Below are positions 7,232 to 13,760 of a DNA stretch of 15,153 nucleotides, one piece after another. The stretch covers positions 1 through 15,153 of the forward strand of contig JAVZLK010000038.1 of assembly GCA_038883795.1 (NCBI GenBank). Direction: 5' to 3'. The notes beneath the pieces were generated by a model, which ran no database searches, was not told the origin of the DNA, and was given only the letters and a program-made list of their open reading frames with translations. Position 1 is the first letter of the stretch; each line of letters begins with the position of its first letter. Source of the DNA: Candidatus Bathyarchaeia archaeon. GTDB lineage: Archaea > Thermoproteota > Bathyarchaeia > Bathyarchaeales > Bathycorpusculaceae. A program made the position numbers and the translations under genes.

Positions 7232-8724
7232 GCGAGTTTGACACGGCTGAGGTTCGCCAAAGCGTCATGGAAGCCCTAACCAAATTGGATGAGTTAAAGC
7301 ATTCCATTGATGTTTTGCAAGCTCAGATTAAGAGCGATTTTGAACGTAAAATGGAGTTGTTCCGCTTTAGTCAAGTGCGCAAGGAGTTTTTGGAATCCTT
7401 CTTTGAAGAGCCTTATGTTATTATTCCTAAGAGGGCTAATGAGTGGTATGTTATAGCGCCTAAATGGCTGGATTTTCAGATTGGCTGGCTTGAGCGTTCA
7501 ACAAAAAGCTACAACATTTTCGTTGTGAACCGTTATGTTAAATGGTTCAGCGAAATCCCACAAAGCCTAGAAGAAAAATTCAAATTCGCTAAGCCCTTGC
7601 CATTCAAAGTATATGACGGCATGCTGTTAACAGGCAAGGAGCTACAAGAGGAAGCCCTACGCCGATACAAGCATTTTATCACCCGCAGAGAAGGCGAGGA
7701 TAGGCTTCGTATAAAAAGAGGCTACGAGTTTAAGCTCATAGCTCAAATGATTGAAGATGGCACTTTGCCTTTTATGCCAACACCCGTTAAAGAGGAGGAC
7801 CTTAGGCCCTATGATGGCATAAAACTGCGAAGCTATCAGCAATATGCCTGGAACGAGTTTCTCAATAAAGGGGCTATTGGAGTTTTCTGGGCTTTCGGAA
7901 GCGGAAAAAGCCTTTTCGGAATCTATGCCCTCGCAAGGGTCAAGGGCAGAAAACTCGTCGTTGTTCCGACTTTAACGCTTAAGGAGCAGTGGCTTGAACG
8001 CATAGCCAAATACATACCGCAATACCGACAGGAAACAGAGGTTGTAACATACCACGCTTATGACAAAGTCAAAGCTAACGAATACAGTTTAATTATTTTT
8101 GATGAATGCCAGCATCTTCCAGCCAACACGTTTGTGCGTTTAGCCACTTTGAAGGCTAAATACCGCATGGGTTTTAGCGGTTCGCCTTACCGTGAGGATG
8201 GGCGTGAAAACTACATTATCGCCTTAACAGGCTTTCCAATTGGCATGAGTTGGGAAGAACTGATTAGGCTTCAAGTTGTGCGAGAACCAACCTTTCGAGT
8301 TTATATTTTGAGCGATAATCGTGAGAAAATGCGGAAACTTGGTGAATTACTGCAAATACCTGTTAAGACGTTGATTTTTTGTGATTGGCTTGATTTAGGC
8401 GAGAAAATAGCCAAAACATTCAACATACCATTCGTTTACGGAGAAACCAAAGACAGGCTTGAAATCATCCGAGAAAGCCAAGCGTGTGTTGTTAGTCGTG
8501 TGGGTGATGAGGGAATAAGCCTTCCAGGAATAGAACGGGTCATAGAAGTAGCCTTCCTTTTTGGAAGCAGAATGCAGGAAAGCCAAAGGTTTGGAAGGCT
8601 AATGCATTCAGCAAAGGAAGAGCCTGAACACGTCATTCTGATGACTGAGGATGAGTTTGAAAGTTATCAGAAGAGGCTTTACGCTATAACGGAGCGGGGT
8701 TTCAGAATAGAGTTTGTAAGGTAA
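7228..8724 (+). CDS. Superfamily 2 helicase (XPB/Rad25/ResIII-like) with an N-terminal extension of about 190 aa
   Basis: Q motif LRSYQ, Walker A AFGSGKS, motif Ia VVVPT, DECQH, motif III SGSP, motif V DEGISLP, motif VI QRFGRLMH. Confidence 0.9.
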   Translation: MSEFDTAEVRQSVMEALTKLDELKHSIDVLQAQIKSDFERKMELFRFSQVRKEFLESFFEEPYVIIPKRANEWYVIAPKWLDFQIGWLERSTKSYNIFVVNRYVKWFSEIPQSLEEKFKFAKPLPFKVYDGMLLTGKELQEEALRRYKHFITRREGEDRLRIKRGYEFKLIAQMIEDGTLPFMPTPVKEEDLRPYDGIKLRSYQQYAWNEFLNKGAIGVFWAFGSGKSLFGIYALARVKGRKLVVVPTLTLKEQWLERIAKYIPQYRQETEVVTYHAYDKVKANEYSLIIFDECQHLPANTFVRLATLKAKYRMGFSGSPYREDGRENYIIALTGFPIGMSWEELIRLQVVREPTFRVYILSDNREKMRKLGELLQIPVKTLIFCDWLDLGEKIAKTFNIPFVYGETKDRLEIIRESQACVVSRVGDEGISLPGIERVIEVAFLFGSRMQESQRFGRLMHSAKEEPEHVILMTEDEFESYQKRLYAITERGFRIEFVR

Positions 8725-8730
8725 ACGCCG

Positions 8731-8865
8731 ATGAAGCAGAAGTTTGTTGTAATAATTCATTTGGATGGTGAAAAGCCTGTTACGCCAATTGATTTGGCTC
8801 TTTGCTTTAAACACTTGCCCATTAATGTTTCAAAGGCTTCTTTTCAGGTTAGGGAGTTAAGGTGA
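8731..8865 (+). CDS. 44-aa hypothetical protein, absent from the ORF track (MKQKFVVIIHLDGEKPVTPIDLALCFKHLPINVSKASFQVRELR)
   Basis: Translated by hand: ATG 8731 to TGA 8863-8865. It fills the gap between the helicase and the wHTH gene almost exactly. Confidence 0.55.
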   Translation: MKQKFVVIIHLDGEKPVTPIDLALCFKHLPINVSKASFQVRELR

Positions 8866-8869
8866 TTTT

Positions 8870-9514
8870 TTGGCTGTTGACTATGCATTATTATCTACTA
8901 CTTCTACCGCTCTTGGGCGTGTGAGAGGCTTTACGATAACGCTTCTTTACATGTTGTTTGATGGTGGTGGACGCTGCTGCGATTTGGCTGAAAGGAGCGG
9001 AAAAAGCCAGAATTATGTTTGGCGGTATTTGAAGAACATGGAAAGGTATGGTTTAGCCTTGAAAAATGGCGATTTTTGGTTTTTGACTGATTCTGGGGTT
9101 GAATTTGTTAAGTATTTGGATTTCGTATATAATAATATAATAGATTATCGAAAGAAAGTAAAAAGAAAATCAAAAGAAAATAGAAAGAAAATAGAAACTA
9201 ACCAGCCAAAAACAACAAAACAAATCCCCATTAGTTTGTGGCTACAAAATTCAGGTTTAGACAGCGTGGAAAAGGAAGTAGTAGAAGTGTTGCTAAAGCA
9301 TTACAATGGAACAGGCTCAAAATTTATCCTCGTCAAAGACCAATATGAGCTATCAGAAAAGCTAAAAGCAAACCCAAGCGAGCTTCTTGAAGCCCTAAAA
9401 AACCTTAGACAAGATAACATAATCTACTTATACCGCTCAGACATAGAGGGATATTGGAAAGTAGGGCTGAAAGCAAACTTCATAAAAATTCTAGAAAACG
9501 CAGCTAAACATTAA
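8870..9514 (+). CDS. Double winged-helix protein; candidate replication initiator
   Basis: N-terminal wHTH (DLAERSGKSQNYVWRYLKNMERYGLA...WFLTDSG), basic linker, C-terminal wHTH (ELSEKLKANPSELLEALKNLRQDNIIY). AGGTGA RBS. The initiator role is inferred from the internal repeats and the adjacent helicase. Confidence 0.65.
   Translation: MAVDYALLSTTSTALGRVRGFTITLLYMLFDGGGRCCDLAERSGKSQNYVWRYLKNMERYGLALKNGDFWFLTDSGVEFVKYLDFVYNNIIDYRKKVKRKSKENRKKIETNQPKTTKQIPISLWLQNSGLDSVEKEVVEVLLKHYNGTGSKFILVKDQYELSEKLKANPSELLEALKNLRQDNIIYLYRSDIEGYWKVGLKANFIKILENAAKH
9126..9197 (+). repeat. AT-rich tract plus four 11-bp tandem repeats (iteron-like); candidate replication origin
   Basis: TATATAATAATATAATAGATTAT (9126-9148), then AAAGAAAGTAA / AAAGAAAATCA / AAAGAAAATAG / AAAGAAAATAG (9151-9194). 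Confidence 0.7.
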
Positions 9515-9612
9515 TGTTGAAAACGTTTTAAATGAATAATTGCAAGGTCATTCTTCCGAAAAGGAATTTAGGAAATTCCACTAGAAAAGATAAGTGGAGA
9601 GGCGTTGAATCT

Positions 9613-9852
9613 GTGAAGTTGAAAATAGAAAATGATAAGTTTTACGTCTTGGAAGCTGGAGGTGAAAAATGGATTTATAGCCATGAAGATGAAGCAATAA
9701 GTTCATTAAAAGAAATGCTTTCTATAGACAAAGAGTTGGATGAGAAAAATGTTAGCATACTAGAGGTGGAAACAAGAGGAGAAAAGTGGCAGGTCAAACA
9801 GCTTTCATGGTCAAAAATAGCCCTTAAATTACTTAGAGGAGAGAAACAATAA
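9613..9852 (+). CDS. Small hypothetical protein, first gene of the ParB-rSAM-TcmP cassette
   Basis: GTG 9613 preceded by GGAGAGG (9596-9602); ORF-track start is 9532. TAATG coupling to parB. Confidence 0.65.
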   Translation: MKLKIENDKFYVLEAGGEKWIYSHEDEAISSLKEMLSIDKELDEKNVSILEVETRGEKWQVKQLSWSKIALKLLRGEKQ

Positions 9853-10784
9853 TGGAAGAAATAATAAAAATAATATCTATAGATAAGATACGGCCAAGTC
9901 CGTTTCAGCCAAGGGAAACATTTGCCAAAAAGGAAATTGAAGAATTAGCAGACTCAATTAAGGGAAGCGGCTTAATTCAACCTATAATTGTAAGGAAAAA
10001 AGGTGAAACATATGAGATTATAGCTGGAGAGAGAAGGTGGAGGGCCTATCAATACGCTGGTTTAAAAGAGATACCGGCAATAGTCAAGGATGCTGATGAT
10101 ATAGAGGCAAGAGAGCTAAGTTTAGTGGAAAATTGGCATCGTTTGGCCTTAGAGCCTCATGAGGCAGAAAGGTTCATTGTCGGGCTGTATAAAGATGGAA
10201 TCCGGCTGGGAAGATATACGTCTGTAGAAGACATGGCACGGAAAACGGGGATATCGCGGCAGACTCTACAGGAAATTCTTTTGGCTCATAAGGAAAGGGA
10301 AGAATTGGGTGCCACCGGTGGCACCCTAACCTATACTGACTTCAGGGAAACGAGAATAATCAAAGATCAACCAGAGCTAAGAAAACAAATTCTGATGCTA
10401 AGAGAAAAGGGAAAACTATCGCGTGATGATTTGAGAGAGTTCTCAAAAACGATTGTAGAGGTATCGGAACCCGTTAGAAAAGCTCTGCTTAAAGAGGATT
10501 CCAAATTAACACCTGAGGAAGCAAGACTTATTGATGTTGAGCTACTGAATCCTGAGGAGAAGATAAAAGCAATAGAGATGCTTGAAAGAGAAAAATCGTC
10601 TGACCGCGTTAGATCTTTAATACAAGTCATAAGAGAAATAGAGGAAAAAAGACAAAAAGAAATAGAGGTTATTAAGGAAGTTGACACTGGAGATGTATGG
10701 ATATGCCCCGTCTGCAATAAAAAGTTTCATCTAATTCATGTGGAGCCAGGGAAAGCACATAGATTTGAGGAAGTAGTTGAATAA
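9852..10784 (+). CDS. parB: ParB/Spo0J-family protein with HTH and a C-terminal Cys/His zinc-finger-like tail
   Basis: IRPSPFQPR, LIQPIIVR, IIAGERRWRA (GxxRxxA), ENWHRLAL; HTH SVEDMARKTGISRQTLQEIL; tail CPVC...H...H. Confidence 0.88.
   Translation: MEEIIKIISIDKIRPSPFQPRETFAKKEIEELADSIKGSGLIQPIIVRKKGETYEIIAGERRWRAYQYAGLKEIPAIVKDADDIEARELSLVENWHRLALEPHEAERFIVGLYKDGIRLGRYTSVEDMARKTGISRQTLQEILLAHKEREELGATGGTLTYTDFRETRIIKDQPELRKQILMLREKGKLSRDDLREFSKTIVEVSEPVRKALLKEDSKLTPEEARLIDVELLNPEEKIKAIEMLEREKSSDRVRSLIQVIREIEEKRQKEIEVIKEVDTGDVWICPVCNKKFHLIHVEPGKAHRFEEVVE
10307..10326. promoter_or_regulatory. Perfect 20-bp palindrome inside the first parB; candidate parS-like site
   Basis: GGGTGCCACCGGTGGCACCC equals its own reverse complement and is a GC-rich island in an A-rich gene. 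Confidence 0.7.
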
Positions 10785-11710
10785 TGCCTTTTGTAGCTCA
10801 AAAAATCCTTACTCCTTCCCAACTTAAGCTCAGTAGGGCATATGGCACGAAGGAATATCCATCCATATTATACTACTTCAGAAAAACACCGAAATCTATA
10901 GTGTGCCCACATTTTTGGGAATTAAGATGGGCTTATGGTTGTCCATTTGATTGTGCATATTGCTATCTGCAAGGAACTTTTAGAGGGAAAAAAGAACCGC
11001 GGTATGTGCCTTTAGAACACGTATTTTTAGCTCTTGAAGAGGCTTTTAACGATGGAAACCTTGAACCATCCATATTTAACAGCGGTGAATTAGCTGATTC
11101 ACTGATGAATCCAAAAATAATGGAAAAAATAGCAGACAAGTTTGAGGAGCAAAAAAAACATAAGTTGCTTCTCTTAACGAAATCTGATAATGTAGACTTT
11201 TTGGTTAAAAAACCCAGAAAACAAACCATCGCAAGTTTCAGCTTAAATGCCCGTAAAGTCTGGGAGTTATGGGAGCACAGAACACCATCGCCTGAGAGGA
11301 GAATAAAAGCAGCGAAATCTTTAATGGAAGCCGGATATGAGGTTAGAGTTAGAATAGACCCTATTTTTCCGATAGAAAATTGGCAGATACATTATGAGGA
11401 TTTAATTTACTCTATGCTTTCTAATTTTTCATGCGATCCCGAAAGGATAACCTTAGGCACACCTAGGGGCCTACAGAAAACGCTTCTATTTTCAAAGGAT
11501 AACTCGTGGACTAAATGGTTTACAGAGTCGTCGGGATGGGGAAAGAAAATAGCTGCCTCAACTAGAAAAGAAATATACTTTTTCTTACTCAATAAACTCA
11601 CTGCCTATGGGTTCGATAGATCAAAAATTGCCATTTGTAAAGAAACTGAAACGATGTGGAGCGAACTAGGGTTAAACAAAAATGATTGCAAGTGCAACTG
11701 CGTGAGGTAA
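10784..11710 (+). CDS. Radical SAM protein of the spore photoproduct lyase (SPL)-like family
   Basis: YGCPFDCAYCYLQ (CxxxCxxC), SGELADSL, LLTKS, FSLN, RIDPIFP are SPL-like. TAATG coupling to parB. Confidence 0.85.
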   Translation: MPFVAQKILTPSQLKLSRAYGTKEYPSILYYFRKTPKSIVCPHFWELRWAYGCPFDCAYCYLQGTFRGKKEPRYVPLEHVFLALEEAFNDGNLEPSIFNSGELADSLMNPKIMEKIADKFEEQKKHKLLLLTKSDNVDFLVKKPRKQTIASFSLNARKVWELWEHRTPSPERRIKAAKSLMEAGYEVRVRIDPIFPIENWQIHYEDLIYSMLSNFSCDPERITLGTPRGLQKTLLFSKDNSWTKWFTESSGWGKKIAASTRKEIYFFLLNKLTAYGFDRSKIAICKETETMWSELGLNKNDCKCNCVR

Positions 11711-11715
11711 TTTCG

Positions 11716-12669
11716 ATGTGGCAATGTATGCATTGCCGATGTAAAAAGCCGGAACGTCCCGATACTTGTCCAGCATGTGGGTTGGTTCAAGCAGGAGAAG
11801 GGACACAGGATAAATATGAAATTTTGGAGAGTTATTGTCATCCTTTAAGCTTGATCATGCGAAATCATGGTTTCTCACACTACTTTATTGACGCATGCGC
11901 AGGAAGCGGCTATGTTCAAGCTTTTGAAGAAAATAAACTTATAAAAGGATCCCCAATAATTATGGCAGAAACAAGAGAATGGGTTGAAAACACAATAAAA
12001 GATAAGACTAAGACTCCGTCCGTTGAGTGCATTTTCATAGAGATTAACCAAAAAACAAGGGAATTGTTGGAAAAATGGACTAATCGCTACCAAGATTTTA
12101 TAAAAGTAATACAAGGGGATTGTAACACTGAACTAGAAAAAATCCTAAATAAGTTTGACTCTGATGCCCCTAAGCCGTTTACTTTCATTTATGTAGACCC
12201 ATTTGGTTTGGGAAGCCCAGTAATTCAAAAAAGAACCGTGGAACGGATACTTGAAAGACAATATACTGAACTTTTCATGCATTTTTCGTGGTGGGGCGTT
12301 GATAGGTCGGCAGGGTATTTTTTAAGAAACCACAACAGCCCCGATCCAACAGTTAGAAAAACTGCAAAAACTATAGGGGAAACTTTGGATATCTTTCTAG
12401 ACTTAAAAGAGTGGCCAGAAATATGGCAAAAATACTCGCGAAATCCCAAAAAGAGAAGAGATGAAATCCTAAAATATTATTTAGTAAGCTTAGAAAAATA
12501 CTTTAAACATGTAGAATACATCGAAATACCCGTTGGGTCTGAGTATCCGAGCTATTATTTAATATTTACCACAAGAAATGAAACCGGAAGAAAAATAATG
12601 AAACATATAATGGAAAGAAAGAGAAGAAGAGGGGCAGAATCGTTAGAGAAGTGGTTTGGAAGTGTCTGA
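11716..12669 (+). CDS. tcmP: TcmP-like (three-Cys-motif partner) SAM-dependent methyltransferase-fold protein with an N-terminal zinc ribbon
   Basis: TQDKYEILESY, FIDACAGSG, FIEIN, GDCN, FIYVDPFG, TELFMHF, YYLIFTT..ETG..IMK match TcmP. N-terminus WQCMHC...CPACG. ATG 11716 has a GAGGT RBS; ORF-track start is 11686. Confidence 0.82.
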   Translation: MWQCMHCRCKKPERPDTCPACGLVQAGEGTQDKYEILESYCHPLSLIMRNHGFSHYFIDACAGSGYVQAFEENKLIKGSPIIMAETREWVENTIKDKTKTPSVECIFIEINQKTRELLEKWTNRYQDFIKVIQGDCNTELEKILNKFDSDAPKPFTFIYVDPFGLGSPVIQKRTVERILERQYTELFMHFSWWGVDRSAGYFLRNHNSPDPTVRKTAKTIGETLDIFLDLKEWPEIWQKYSRNPKKRRDEILKYYLVSLEKYFKHVEYIEIPVGSEYPSYYLIFTTRNETGRKIMKHIMERKRRRGAESLEKWFGSV

Positions 12670-12741
12670 ACTGTCATCATATTCTGCTTTAAAGACTTTA
12701 GTTTATAGAATTTTAAAAACCTGTTAATTCCTCATGCAACA

Positions 12742-13473
12742 TCACAAACTGTATATCAATTCCGCTGTCCCAGGAACCTTGGAAGCTAAAGCACCGATGT
12801 CTTTGCTGAGTTTTTTTAAAGCTTCTTTGGTTCTATCATTGTATTGCAGAAGCATTTTGCATTCTAACCAAAGTATTAAATCCACGGTCTTTCGCGCGAG
12901 AGTCAATATCTCATCAGATTTTTCCGGTATATACTGCAAATTTGGCCAAGTCAATTTTTCGTCAAGGCTTTTCCTAGAAATATGGACGTATTTGCAGAGG
13001 TCCGAAAACAATTCCTGAAGCTTTTCTGCAGGAAGCCCCAATCCCTCAAATATCCGTTTGCGAGGAAATTCCGTTCTCCTTTCGTCAAGTAAGGCCAGCC
13101 ACAATTCAAATTTATCTAAATCCATCTCCACTTCAATAAACTCACCACTTAGCAATGACGGCTTAATACAAGCAGCAGCGCCAGCCAGATTAGCTTCGTA
13201 TAGCCAGCGAAGCGCCCTTGCAGCTGAATGATAAGCTCCTTGAAAAAGATTTACCAAAAATTCTAAATAGGTTCTTAATGAAAGACTGCATACATAGTAG
13301 GGTATACCGGATTGCCCTTCTAACATAATATCTTGAGCAATGTCGGTTAATACAAATAAATAATTGAGATACTTAATCGCTTCGTCGCATTCGTCCATCT
13401 TTTCTTTATAAGTCAATTCAAATATTCCATTTATCCTCTCAAGGAGACGATTTAACTCATGTAACGTTTCCAT
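12742..13473 (-). CDS. Alpha-helical hypothetical protein, possibly DUF5677/HEPN-like
   Basis: GAYHSAARALRWLYE and LFSDLCKYVH resemble the R..E and late S/C..vH pattern of that group. ATG 13473 has GAGGTG upstream; ORF-track start is 13503. Confidence 0.5.
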   Translation of the reverse strand: METLHELNRLLERINGIFELTYKEKMDECDEAIKYLNYLFVLTDIAQDIMLEGQSGIPYYVCSLSLRTYLEFLVNLFQGAYHSAARALRWLYEANLAGAAACIKPSLLSGEFIEVEMDLDKFELWLALLDERRTEFPRKRIFEGLGLPAEKLQELFSDLCKYVHISRKSLDEKLTWPNLQYIPEKSDEILTLARKTVDLILWLECKMLLQYNDRTKEALKKLSKDIGALASKVPGTAELIYSL

Positions 13474-13760
13474 TAATAACACCTCGGAATAAATATTTTT
13501 CATAAAAACTTAAGATTTCGGTTTCATCAACTTTTAGTAAGTTTTAGCTGTGAACTTTTCCGTTACTAAACTAAGTTTTTCCGCGTATTGTAGGAATGCT
13601 ATGCGTAGGGTTTCGCTTTCGCTTTGTCCCAGTTTCTGGCATATTCTGTCTAGTAGTTCTTTGTGTTGTGGGCTTAAAACAACCCTTACAATATGTTTCT
13701 TTGCCACCTTTTGACCATCCTGTTGTATAATTTAATTTATGTTTTGAAACATATATTTTT

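Noticed and set aside
9151-9194. Repeat array considered as a CRISPR array
   Set aside because: Units are 11 bp and contiguous with no spacers. No CRISPR array or cas gene was seen anywhere in the window.
10784-11710. Literal spore photoproduct repair function (splB)
   Set aside because: The host is archaeal and the gene is coupled to parB and tcmP; only family-level similarity is supported.
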